A DNA stretch of 64,000 nucleotides from Chthoniobacterales bacterium. Its GTDB lineage: Bacteria > Verrucomicrobiota > Verrucomicrobiia > Chthoniobacterales > UBA10450. Where the stretch lies: positions 20,263-84,262 of the forward strand of contig JBBSPM010000014.1 in the NCBI GenBank assembly GCA_038258815.1, read 5' to 3'. Of this stretch, positions 27,416-36,782 are shown in pieces. The number at the start of each line of letters is the position of its first letter. Position 1 is the stretch's first letter. Under the pieces are notes generated by a model. The model had not been told where the DNA came from, searched no databases, and was given only the letters and a program-made list of their open reading frames with translations. A program made the translations under genes and the position numbers.

Positions 27416-28141
27416 ATGCCGAGCGCGGTTCGCCCTCACATCCGCCGCGACTGGCCCGGCTTCCGCCAGCGCGGCCTCGAAGTCACGCGCCTCGAAGGAT
27501 TCAGCGATGCCGTCTTCGGGTTCGCGCTCACTCTTCTCGTGGTCGCGCTCGATGTGCCGAAGAATTTCGAAGATCTCGTCGCGACTATGCGCGGTTTTCC
27601 GTCGTTCGCCGTTTGTTTTCTCCTGCTCGCGCTCATTTGGAATGCGCACTACCAATTCTGCCGCCGCTATGGTCTCGATGATGGCATGACGCGCTTTCTC
27701 ACCTGCGTCTTGCTCTTCCTCGTCCTCTTCTACGTGTATCCGTTGAAGTTTCTCTTTAACCTCAGTGTCAACCAGATGGTCTTTGGTGTGCCAGCCGATG
27801 CCCTTCACCTGAAGGTGGCGCAGATTTCCACCCTTCTCGTTATTTACGGATTCGGCTTTGCCGCCGTCTATCTCGCGCTTTTTTTTCTTTATCTGCACGC
27901 CTGGCGCCTGCGCGACGCTCTGGAGTTGACCGCTCTCGAAAAAGCCGACACCCGCCATCAACTCGTCAAGATGCTCCTCTTTGTCGCGCTTGGTTTGATC
28001 GCGGCTGCGCTCTCCTCCAGCCGGCGCACGCTTTCCTGGGGCGGCCTGCCTTACCTGCTCATTTTTCCCATCATGCGCTCGCATGCGTTCATCCATCGCC
28101 GTCGGCGAGCGCCCCTGCTCAGAGACGCGTCGCCTCGTTAG
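27416..28141 (+). CDS. TMEM175/DUF1211 family K+ channel-like membrane protein
   Basis: RLEGFSDAVFGFALTLLV signature; six hydrophobic helices. Confidence 0.8.
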   Translation: MPSAVRPHIRRDWPGFRQRGLEVTRLEGFSDAVFGFALTLLVVALDVPKNFEDLVATMRGFPSFAVCFLLLALIWNAHYQFCRRYGLDDGMTRFLTCVLLFLVLFYVYPLKFLFNLSVNQMVFGVPADALHLKVAQISTLLVIYGFGFAAVYLALFFLYLHAWRLRDALELTALEKADTRHQLVKMLLFVALGLIAAALSSSRRTLSWGGLPYLLIFPIMRSHAFIHRRRRAPLLRDASPR

Positions 28142-28194
28142 GCGCGGGCGCGGTTGCGTCGCGCGACCTGCTCCCTCAAATATCAGCCAGCCCC

Positions 28195-29808
28195 ATGCCC
28201 AAAACTTTCTTTATCACCACCGCGATCGATTACACCAACGGCGCCCCGCACATCGGCCACGCCTACGAGAAAGTGCTGGCCGATGTCATCGCCCGCTATC
28301 ATCGGCTGAAGGGCGAGAAGGTGTTCTATCTCACCGGCGTCGATCAACACGGCCAGAAGGTCCAGCAATCGGCCGAGAAAGCCGGCGTCCCGCCGCAGCA
28401 ATTCGTCGATGAGATCACCGTGAAATTCATTGCCCTCTGGGAGAAACTCGACGTCCGCTACGATCGCTGGGCCGCCACCACCGATCCGATCCACCAGACC
28501 TGCGTCCAGCGAATCCTGCAGCGTCTCTACGACGAAAAGCAGATCTACAAAGACAAACAGGACGGCTACTACAGCATCCGCCAGGAACAATTCCTGACCG
28601 ACAAAGAGCGCGGCCCTGATGGCGAATTCGGGCCCGAGTGGGGCCAGGTCGAGCATCGCGAAGAAGAGAATTACTACTTCAAAATCGAGCAGCACAAACA
28701 GTGGCTCCTTGATTATCTCAAATCGTCCGATCACCAGGATTGCGTCACCCCGGATTTTCGTCAGAAGGAGCTCATTAACGCCGTCGAAAAACTCAGCGGC
28801 GACCTTTGCATCTCGCGCCCGAAAAAGCGCCTCAGTTGGGGCATCGAGTTGCCCTTCGATCCCGACTTCGTCACCTACGTCTGGTTCGACGCCCTCACGA
28901 ATTACATCAGCTTCATCGACTACGACCCCGCCGCGAAAGATTTCGCCGACCAGCCCGTCGAGTTCCGCGAGAAATGGCCCGGCCTGCACATCATCGGCAA
29001 AGACATCCTCATCCCCGCGCACGGCATCTATTGGCCCATCATGCTCCACGCCCTCGGTTTCCCCGACGAGCAAATGCCGAAGTTCCTCGTCCACGGCTGG
29101 TGGAACATCAGCGGCGCCAAGATGAGTAAATCGTTAGGCAACGTCATCGACCCCGATCAATTAGCCGCCAAATACGGCGCGGAAGCGCTCCGGTATTATT
29201 TAATGAGCGATATTGCGACGGGGAAGGATTCGGATTTTTCAGAGGAACGGCTGGTCGAGGGATTCAATAGCAGTCTAGCGAATAATTTGGGCAATCTATT
29301 GAATCGGACGCTGAGCATGCTGGCGAGATACCGGGATCGTAAACTCGTGAAAGCCTCAGGAACTTTCACCGCGCCGTCGAGCGAACCAAACCACCCAGAC
29401 CTGGATGTTGCCGAGGATGTTAGAAGGCATCTTCGCCTGCACGAAGCTGTCGCGTATTCCGCCGTCAGCGATTGGCTGATGTTTTCAGTAACAATCGCCT
29501 CTGGGATGAACTTCTATATTGAGGTTGCTGCGCCGTGGAAAATGGCAAAAGACCCGGCGCAGGTCGGGCAACTGGACTCACTGCTCTACGTTCTTGCCGA
29601 AGCCCTCCGCATCATCGCCATCCTGATCTCGCCCGTCCTCCCGAAAGCCGCGCACGGTATTTTCGATCAGCTCAATTGGAAGATGGAATTGAGCGGGAAA
29701 GAAGAGCGCTTCGCGCTCGCCGACGCGGAATGGGGGAGGCTGCCCGATGGCCACGTCGTCGGCCAACCGACGCCGCTTTTCCCGCGCATCGAAGCGCCGG
29801 AGACGTAG
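28195..29808 (+). CDS. metG: methionyl-tRNA synthetase
   Basis: NGAPHIGHAYE (HIGH), KMSKSLGN, anticodon-binding helical domain. Confidence 0.97.
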   Translation: MPKTFFITTAIDYTNGAPHIGHAYEKVLADVIARYHRLKGEKVFYLTGVDQHGQKVQQSAEKAGVPPQQFVDEITVKFIALWEKLDVRYDRWAATTDPIHQTCVQRILQRLYDEKQIYKDKQDGYYSIRQEQFLTDKERGPDGEFGPEWGQVEHREEENYYFKIEQHKQWLLDYLKSSDHQDCVTPDFRQKELINAVEKLSGDLCISRPKKRLSWGIELPFDPDFVTYVWFDALTNYISFIDYDPAAKDFADQPVEFREKWPGLHIIGKDILIPAHGIYWPIMLHALGFPDEQMPKFLVHGWWNISGAKMSKSLGNVIDPDQLAAKYGAEALRYYLMSDIATGKDSDFSEERLVEGFNSSLANNLGNLLNRTLSMLARYRDRKLVKASGTFTAPSSEPNHPDLDVAEDVRRHLRLHEAVAYSAVSDWLMFSVTIASGMNFYIEVAAPWKMAKDPAQVGQLDSLLYVLAEALRIIAILISPVLPKAAHGIFDQLNWKMELSGKEERFALADAEWGRLPDGHVVGQPTPLFPRIEAPET

Positions 29809-29830
29809 ACCGCCTGGCAGGCGAGGACAT

Positions 29831-30534
29831 CCCTCGTTCCCAAACTCCGTTTGGGAACGCAAGAGGCTCCGGAAACTCCGTTTCCTCTCCTCAAACCTGC
29901 GGCCAAGGATCACACCGCAACGCCGGCGCACTCCCCGCCAGCCACTCATGCGCCGACGAGTAACGCCAATGCTCCGGCGCCGTCACCAGTCCGCGCTTCA
30001 CCGAATTGTTATGCAAATACTCCAGCTTCTGCAGCATCACGGCATCGCTCCGGATCGATCGCGGATGCACCCCTTCCTGCCAGACCTGATGCGTGCTGGC
30101 CGTCTTGTGCCGAGCGCGGAAGTATTCCAACTGTCGGAGCAGCCAATCGCGCCCTTCGCTCGGCAACTGCGCCAGCAGCTCACGCGCAGTGAACTTCTTC
30201 AAGTCGCCGATCGTGCTGGCCAGGTTCGGCCCGGCCATGATCGCGTGAAAATGATTGCCTAGAATGACCCACCCATAAACGCGGAGCGCCTTCTTCTCGC
30301 GAGAGCACGCCAGCGATTGCACGAGGATGTCGCAACAGGCGCCGCTCGTAAAAATGGGGAGCCACTCCACCACGGTCGCGGTGATGAAGTGCGGCAGGTC
30401 CGGGTCATTGATCCGATAGCGGCTCCGCATCTTCGCTCAGATTCGGGAAACAGAGTTGGAAAGCCCGGCCTCGCCTGCGGCTGCATTACGGCCAAAGCAA
30501 GTCCGTTCCCAAAGGGACTTTGGGAACGAGGGGG
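29831..30534 (-). mobile_element. REPtron 2: second RAYT-type transposase flanked by inverted copies of a different hairpin
   Basis: CCCTCGTTCCCAAActccgTTTGGGAACG at 29831-29859, and its inverted counterpart CGTTCCCAAAgggacTTTGGGAACGAGGGGG at 30504-30534. 10-bp stems, 5-nt loops. Confidence 0.8.
29891..30430 (-). CDS. REP-associated tyrosine transposase (IS200-like Y1, RAYT)
   Basis: HUH motif in WVILGNHFHAIM. Tyr region QKLEYLHNNSVKRGL. Confidence 0.85.
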   Translation of the reverse strand: MRSRYRINDPDLPHFITATVVEWLPIFTSGACCDILVQSLACSREKKALRVYGWVILGNHFHAIMAGPNLASTIGDLKKFTARELLAQLPSEGRDWLLRQLEYFRARHKTASTHQVWQEGVHPRSIRSDAVMLQKLEYLHNNSVKRGLVTAPEHWRYSSAHEWLAGSAPALRCDPWPQV

Positions 30535-30709
30535 ATTAGCGCTCGCCGACGCCGCGCAGGGCACTTTGATCAATTCACGGCCATCGGTTCTTAAATAAGG
30601 TAGCGCAGAAGGAGGCCACGAACGCAGGACAACGCCACGACCGGATGAGACGGGTCCAAGCCAGAGTAGCGGCTACCGTGACACGCGGAGCCGTCGCTGC
30701 AGCGCATGG

Positions 30710-31090
30710 CTAGGCCGTTGGTTGTCTGGCGAAATAACGCACCTTCGGAAGGTCTTTGAAGTGCTCGTCCTGCGTCCAGAGAGTTGCTTCGTGGCGCATC
30801 GCCGTCGCGTAAATGATGCTGTCTGCCAGCGGCAGTGGATGGCGCGCAGCCTCCAGTGCCAACGCACCGTCGAGGTCGATAAGTTGGCCGCCCTGCATCA
30901 TGCTGGCGACTTGGAGCGCGTCATCCTCGCCGCGCTTTCGAAGAACCTTCTTGAAGACCTCGTAAATGGAAATGACCGGCACGAAAAGGTTCTCGGCGTC
31001 CTCAATGGCGGAGGCGAACAACGGGGCGCGGTCGCTGTCCGTGAAGTATTCGAGCCAGCCGGATGAATCGACGACGTTGGCTGCGCTCAC
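30710..31090 (-). CDS. vapC: type II toxin VapC (PIN domain)
   Basis: VVDSSGWLEYF...SIIYATAMRHEATLWTQDEHF. Overlaps the antitoxin stop by 4 nt. Confidence 0.9.
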   Translation of the reverse strand: MSAANVVDSSGWLEYFTDSDRAPLFASAIEDAENLFVPVISIYEVFKKVLRKRGEDDALQVASMMQGGQLIDLDGALALEAARHPLPLADSIIYATAMRHEATLWTQDEHFKDLPKVRYFARQPTA

Positions 31091-31293
31091 AAACGGTCAT
31101 CCTCCCGTTCGATACTTGTGTCCATGCCACGGAGGAAGCCGCGCATCTGCTGAATCGGGCGAACGGGAATGAATTCTACTCTGTCGGCGTAGCGCAAAAC
31201 ACGGAGTTTCTCGCCTGCCGTGAGATGCAGAGCCTCGCGAATGGCCTGAGGAATGACGACTTGAAATTTGGGTGAAAGGGTGACGGTATCCAT
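31087..31293 (-). CDS. vapB: AbrB/MazE/SpoVT-type antitoxin VapB
   Basis: MDTVTLSPKFQVVIPQAIREALHLTAGEKLRV. Confidence 0.85.
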   Translation of the reverse strand: MDTVTLSPKFQVVIPQAIREALHLTAGEKLRVLRYADRVEFIPVRPIQQMRGFLRGMDTSIEREDDRL

Positions 31294-31295
31294 AT

Positions 31296-31309
31296 CGATG
31301 CATGCATCG
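31296..31309. promoter_or_regulatory. perfect 14-nt palindrome at the vapB start, candidate operator
   Basis: CGATGCATGCATCG lies immediately upstream of, and abuts, the vapB ATG (31293). Confidence 0.35.
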
Positions 31310-31588
31310 TAGGACGATTCCCCCATCGATACAAGCGTGCGAATCGGCCTGCTTGGGCGCCACCGCAGCACGGTGGCGCGAGAACTGAAGCGCCACGCCG
31401 CGCCCTACGACGGCTAGTATCGCGCGCGGCGGGCGCAGCCCGGCGTTATCGGTCGCGGCGCAACAGCCAGTTTCAAGCCGGACCGATGCCGTTGGAAAGA
31501 CGTAGCGCGCGCCGCCTCCGCCATTGTTTCGGAGCTTCGTCATTTTCCTTCGGCCACTGGTTCTGAGGAGGAACCGACGCGCTTGGGT

Positions 31589-32152
31589 TTAGGCGGCGCG
31601 TTGGTGCTCAAGCTGAGCGGTGAAACTGCCGGCCGCCTTGAGCGAGGCGCTATGTCGGGCGAGTTCCATTTCGAAGGCCGGGCCGGGCGGACATTCGGGA
31701 CACCAGTGACGGCTGGTGCTGGCCAGTCGTTGCCGGAAACTGCAGTTGGGACAGAGGAATATTTCGGTTCTTGTGGTGCGCGGCCTCAAATTTTCTCTCC
31801 TGGCTGGGCGGTGTGGTCCCGCAGGCTGCCCATGGGGTGCGAGGTGTCGAGTTGGCCGAAGTTTACCCTCCATTTTTCCAGGATAGTGGAGGAGCGTGTG
31901 GGCGGCGAGGATGCGAGAGGTGGGAAGGGCAGGGGCGCGGCGGCGAGAAAGACACGACCGGCTTGGGTGATGCGATCGATGATGGTGAAGGAATTCTTCG
32001 TGCTGTCGCGCGGGGTGGCTTCGAGGAAGCCTGCGTTCGACATGAGCTGCACTTGTTTTTCGGCAGTAGGCGCCGCGGATTTCGAGCGCCGGGTGCGGTG
32101 TGCCATCCGTCCGAAGCAACAATCCGCGGGCGTAAGTCAGATTAATATTCAT
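31589..32152 (-). pseudogene. decayed gene of unknown function with C-terminal CxxC-x13-CxxC zinc ribbon
   Basis: The GC3-rich reading frame switches twice. It starts in frame A (MNINLTYARGLLLRTDGTPHPALEIRGAY). It moves to frame B (..MSNAGFLEATPRDSTKNSFTIIDRITQAGRVFLAAAP..TSHPMGSLRDHTAQPGEKI*). It returns to frame A (..EIFLCPNCSFRQRLASTSRHWCPEC..). Confidence 0.3.
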
Positions 32153-32318
32153 TTTTCCCTTTCATCCCCGAGGGCGATGCGGATCGGCCCTACCACTGCG
32201 CTCACCTTGTCGCCTACGCCGTAAGGTAACACGGTTGAGAGCGCTCCCTAACGATATCGCAGTTTATTATTCTCGGCCGGGCGCGCGGGAGAGCTTTCGT
32301 TAGGGAAATAACTGAAGC

Positions 32319-33487
32319 ATGCGACAGGTGAAGGTGATGATGCATAAATTCCTCGCGGCCAACCGGCTGGATCTGGTCGAGCGCTGCCGGTTAAAGGTGG
32401 CCCGGCGACCTGCGCGCGGAACCTCCGATAAGGAATTAAACTTCGGCATAAGCTACTTTCTGGACCAACTGATCGAGACGCTGCAATTGGAAGAAATGAG
32501 CGCCGATTCGGATCGAAGCCGCGCCATCTCCGGGCGCTCAGGCGGCCAGAAACCGGAGCACTCGGATATGGGCGTCGGCGCTAGCAGACATGGCTGGGAG
32601 TTATCGCAGCGGGGCTTCACGGTGGATCAGGTGGTCCACGATTACGGCGATCTCTGCCAGGCCGTGACCGAACTTGCGATCGAGCGGGGGATTCGTTTCA
32701 CGACGGAGGAATTCCGGACCCTGAATCGCTGCCTGGATAACGTGATCGCGGACGCGGTGACGGAGTTCATGTATCACCGGGATTTCGCCGCAGCGGATCG
32801 GGAAGCCGACGCAGTGAACCACCGGCTGGGGGCGTTCGCGCATGAATTGCGGAACCTGCTCAATTCCGCGGGTCTCGCCCTCATTGCGATCCGGGACGGA
32901 CATGTGGGCATCAAGGGCGCGACGGGGGCGGTGCTGGACCGGAGCCTGGTGGAATGCGCCAGTTGATTGATCACTCGCTTTCTGATGTGCGCCTGACGGC
33001 GGGAATGCCGCTGCGGCATCAGGTATTCTCACTTTCGAGCTTTATCGAAGAGGTGAAGCTTTCCGCTGCGCTCGAGGCCGCGGTGGTAGGGTGCCCGTTC
33101 ACCGTCTCGCGCGTGGATGAATCTCTCGCGGTGGATGGCGACCGCGCGCTGCTTTCCTCCGCGGTGGGCAACCTTTTGCAAAATGCGTTTAAATTCACCG
33201 AGCCGCGGACGGCCGTAAGCCTGACCGCGTACGCAGCGGGCGATCGGATTCTGATTGCGGTGGAAGACCATTGCGGCGGTCTGTTGCCCAGCGAAGCGGA
33301 AACGATGTTTCTTCCCTTTACCCAGAGCGGTGAAAACAGGACCGGCCTCGGCCTGGGACTCTCCATCTCCCGGCGCAGCGTGGAGGCCCATAAAGGGACG
33401 CTGATGGTGCGGGATATTCCGGGCTCGGGCTGCGTCTTCACGATCGATCTGCCGCGGCACCAACTCGCCGTCCCGTCGCTCAACTAG
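32319..33487 (+). pseudogene. sensor histidine kinase split by a single frameshift near 32950
   Basis: ORF1 ends ..FAHELRNLLNSAGLALIAIRDGHVGIKGATGAVLDRSLVECAS*. ORF2 starts MRQLIDHSLSDVRL.. and carries the HATPase_c N/G boxes (GNLLQNAFKF, GLGLGLSI). The junction reads as continuous LDRSLV(G)MRQLID if one G is added in GTGGAATG. Confidence 0.8.
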
Positions 33488-33516
33488 CGACGCCCGCGCG
33501 GCAATACGTTGCCGGT

Positions 33517-35322
33517 CTACTGGGCTGGGAAATCGATGCTGCTCGGCGATCCGATCTCGCCGGCGAGGGCGAGGATGACGTCGGTTTTGGAGATGCTGCC
33601 GAGGAGGCCCATGGGCTCGGAACTTTGCACCACGGGTAGGCGGTTGCCGTCGTGGCCGCGAAACTGTTCCAGCGCTTCGCGGAGTGTGAACTCCGGATGC
33701 ACGATGGGGAAGGGGGTGCGGAGGAGGTCACCGGCGATGACCACTTTGGCCAGCTCGGGGACGTTGAGATAATTTTTGATGTCGTGCAGGGAGACGGCGC
33801 CGATGAAGCGCTGGCCTTCCGTGACGTAGAGATAATTGAAGCGGGTGGCGATGAAGGTCTCGGCGATCTCGGCAAAGGGGGCGCGAGTGGAGACGGCGAG
33901 CGGAGCGGCTTTCATCAAGTCGCGCACGTGCAGCTCGGTGAGTTGGCGGCGGTAATCGCCTGCGCCTTTGCGCCGGAGCGCTTCGGCGTAGATGGAGTGC
34001 TTCTCGATTCCCGCGGAAGTGTAATAGGCCACGACGGAGGCGAGCATGAGTGGGAGGATGATTTGGTAATCGAGGGTCAACTCGAAGATCATTATGATGG
34101 CCATGAGCGGAGCGTGCGTGGCGGCGGCGAGGAAGGCGCCCATGCCGACGAGGGCGAAGGCGGCGGGGTCGACGGCGAAGTGGAAGCCTTGCAGCCCATT
34201 ACCGAAGAGGAAGCCAAGGCTGGCGCCGATGAAGAGTGTGGGCGTGAAGACACCGCCGACCGCGCCGGAGCCGAAAGTGGCGGAGGTGGCGACGACCTTG
34301 AAGACAAGGATGACGGCCAGGGTTTGCCAGACCCATTCGCCGCGCAGGATGGAGTTCACCGCGCTGTAACCGTTCCCGCAGACTTCCGGATGGAATACGG
34401 CGAGCGTGCCCACGATTAAACCGCCGAGACACATCTTGAGGTAAACCGGCAGGCGGAGACGACCGGCGGCGCGTTCGCTGGCGCGCAGGAGGCGGATGAA
34501 CCAGGGCGCGATCAGCCCGGCCGCGATCCCGAGAAACAGATAGGGGACGATCTCCCAGTTCCCGTGCATGCGGAACGGCGGGATGCGGTAAAGCGGATCG
34601 CCGCCGCTGAAGGCGCGCACGGTGAGCGTGGCGATGACGGAGGACAAGACGAGCGGCCCGAAGATTTCCATCGCGACGGAGCCGAGCACGATCTCGGCGA
34701 CGAAAAGCGCGCCGGCGATCGGCGCGTTATAAGCGGAGGCAATGCCGGCTGCGGCGCCGCATCCGACCAGCAAACGCAGCCGCGGGATGGACCACTTCCG
34801 CCATCGGCCCGCGAGGGAGGCGAGCAGGGAGGAGAGTTGCACGAGCGGACCTTCCCGCCCGATGGAGCCGCCGGAGGCGATCGTGAAAAGGGCGGACGCG
34901 CATTTCACGAGGCTGCGCGTGGCGGAGATTTTGCCGTCGCCGAGCACGACGGCCTCCATGTAATCGGTGGTGGTGGTTTGGCTGCGCCAACGTCCGCCTA
35001 ACCACATGATTAAGCCCGCCGCGAGACCGCCGGCCGCCGGCGTGATGACGCGCGCCGTGGGCGAAAGATGGCTAAAGCTTTCGACCAGCCCTGGGCCGCC
35101 GCTGCCTGTGATGAGCTTGTGCACGACGCCGGTCACATATCGGAACGCGATCGAGGAGAGTGCGCCAGCGCAGCCGATCAAGCCGGCCCAGACCAAGGTG
35201 ATCTGAAGATCGGTCGGGCGCACACGCTCGCTCACCCAGACGAGCAGCTTCAGGCGGCGCAGGGTGCCGACGGCGGTGACGAGGGCTGGCGTCGGTTTTT
35301 CCTTCGTAGCGGCCACTGCCAT
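33517..35322 (-). CDS. ClC family chloride channel/antiporter with two C-terminal CBS domains
   Basis: GGSIGREGP, GAVGGVFTP, 10+ TM helices, CBS pair at the C-terminus. Confidence 0.95.
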   Translation of the reverse strand: MAVAATKEKPTPALVTAVGTLRRLKLLVWVSERVRPTDLQITLVWAGLIGCAGALSSIAFRYVTGVVHKLITGSGGPGLVESFSHLSPTARVITPAAGGLAAGLIMWLGGRWRSQTTTTDYMEAVVLGDGKISATRSLVKCASALFTIASGGSIGREGPLVQLSSLLASLAGRWRKWSIPRLRLLVGCGAAAGIASAYNAPIAGALFVAEIVLGSVAMEIFGPLVLSSVIATLTVRAFSGGDPLYRIPPFRMHGNWEIVPYLFLGIAAGLIAPWFIRLLRASERAAGRLRLPVYLKMCLGGLIVGTLAVFHPEVCGNGYSAVNSILRGEWVWQTLAVILVFKVVATSATFGSGAVGGVFTPTLFIGASLGFLFGNGLQGFHFAVDPAAFALVGMGAFLAAATHAPLMAIIMIFELTLDYQIILPLMLASVVAYYTSAGIEKHSIYAEALRRKGAGDYRRQLTELHVRDLMKAAPLAVSTRAPFAEIAETFIATRFNYLYVTEGQRFIGAVSLHDIKNYLNVPELAKVVIAGDLLRTPFPIVHPEFTLREALEQFRGHDGNRLPVVQSSEPMGLLGSISKTDVILALAGEIGSPSSIDFPAQ

Positions 35323-35440
35323 GCAATCAGCGGGGCGATGCGGGCGCGGTCAAGCTGGCGACTCTGGCGCTGGTGGCGCGGCGCACGCGAGGTGTTATAA
35401 ACGATGGATTGGCAACCGGTCGGAGTCTGTTGATGATGGA

Positions 35441-35971
35441 ATGATGAACGATCCGTCCGTCACCTTGCCGCTTCGCTCGCTGGCCGAAATTCTGCGAAGC
35501 GATTTCGGCGTTAGCGAAGATTACCGGTACGGGCCGAAATGGGTGGAACCACGTGACGCGGTCGAGGTCGATGGCGCGGTCTTGAAGTGGTATGCGCTGG
35601 CCTCGGCGGAGTTGCCGGTGCCGGACGCGATCGAGCAGGTGGCGCGCACGTTTTTGACGCAGACGAAGCTCGAAGCGAAGGGGCTCGGTTTTGTGATCTT
35701 GCACCGCTGCGGGCCGGATTTCTATTTTCTCATCGTCAGCACCTGGCGGGGGAATAACGAGGTCTGGGAATCGGTGTATTACAAGGATGGCGACGCGATG
35801 GGGGACTTCGCGCTCTGGCCGCGCGAGGGTGCGCACAAGCCGACCTTCTGCGTGTGGGAACTCGCCGCGGTCTGCCACGAGGTGAAGGCGTGGGGGCGCT
35901 TTCTCACGTCTGCGCGCGACGAAGCCGCTGCGCAAGCATGGGCGCGCGATCGCTACGAAGGCGCGGCGTGA
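35441..35971 (+). CDS. hypothetical protein
   Basis: 176 aa from ATG 35441 (MMNDPSVTLPL...); good GC3. Confidence 0.6.
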   Translation: MMNDPSVTLPLRSLAEILRSDFGVSEDYRYGPKWVEPRDAVEVDGAVLKWYALASAELPVPDAIEQVARTFLTQTKLEAKGLGFVILHRCGPDFYFLIVSTWRGNNEVWESVYYKDGDAMGDFALWPREGAHKPTFCVWELAAVCHEVKAWGRFLTSARDEAAAQAWARDRYEGAA

Positions 35972-35993
35972 GGCGTCACCGCGGTGAGGCAAA

Positions 35994-36446
35994 TCACTCC
36001 TGATCGGGGATCTCGGCTTCGACCAATTTCTCCAGTAAGACGAGCGATTCCTGCCAGCCGAGATAGCACATCTCGACCGGGATGACGGACGGAAGGCCTT
36101 CCTGGGTGATGCTCACTTCCGTGCCGCAGAGCACTTCCTTGAGTGAGACGGTGACCTGTATCTCGCCGGGCAGATTTTCGTCGTCGAACTTGTCGTTATA
36201 CCGAATGAGCACGTGCGGCTTCAACTCGAGATAGGTGCCGCCAAAGGAGTGGCTCTTCCCGGTGGTGAAGTTGGTGAACGACATCTTGTGCGTGCCGCCG
36301 ACTTTCGCGTCCATCTGGTGGACTTTTCCGGTGAAGCCATTTGGCGGCAACCATTTCACCATCGCGTCGGGATCGAGGAAGGCGCGATAGACTCTCTCCG
36401 GGGTGGAGCGGAGGACACGGTGAAGGCGGACGGTGTTGGTGGTCAT
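35994..36446 (-). CDS. SRPBCC / Aha1-domain (AHSA1) family protein
   Basis: TVRLHRVLRSTPERVYRAFLDPDAMVKWLPPNGFTG..GGTYLELKP. Confidence 0.85.
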   Translation of the reverse strand: MTTNTVRLHRVLRSTPERVYRAFLDPDAMVKWLPPNGFTGKVHQMDAKVGGTHKMSFTNFTTGKSHSFGGTYLELKPHVLIRYNDKFDDENLPGEIQVTVSLKEVLCGTEVSITQEGLPSVIPVEMCYLGWQESLVLLEKLVEAEIPDQE

Positions 36447-36544
36447 ATGGATTTCAGATTTCTGGTTCCAACACGGCGACGAATCAAGAAATCGATTTCG
36501 GACATTTGATTGACACGGAGATTCACTTCTGAGAAGCACGAGCC

Positions 36545-36715
36545 ATGAAACTCGCACGTCGCACCCTCGGCATCAGCACACTCGGGATCATCCTGATCAT
36601 CCTTTTGATCCTCGCCCTCGGCGGCGGCGCATGGGGTGGCGGTGGGATGTATTACGGCCCGGGCGGGTTGCTGGTCTTGATTCTGATCATCCTGCTGGTG
36701 ATGGGCAAACTCTAG
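36545..36715 (+). CDS. DUF3309-like small membrane protein (56 aa, below the ORF-track cutoff)
   Basis: MKLARRTLGISTLGIILIILLILALGGGAWGGGGMYYGPGGLLVLILIILLVMGKL: two TM helices around a Gly-rich loop. Confidence 0.7.
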   Translation: MKLARRTLGISTLGIILIILLILALGGGAWGGGGMYYGPGGLLVLILIILLVMGKL

Positions 36716-36782
36716 CCAGCGCGCAGGCGGAGGCATCGTTAGACCGCGACCGCGCGGTTGCGCACGGGTAATCTTTTCGCCA

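Noticed and set aside
28183-29094. 303-aa ORF antisense to metG. Similar long antisense ORFs occur at 3484-4395, 33652-34419, 20675-21652 and 47300-48421.
   Set aside because: These are shadow frames of confidently identified genes. They have no motifs and wrong-frame amino-acid composition.
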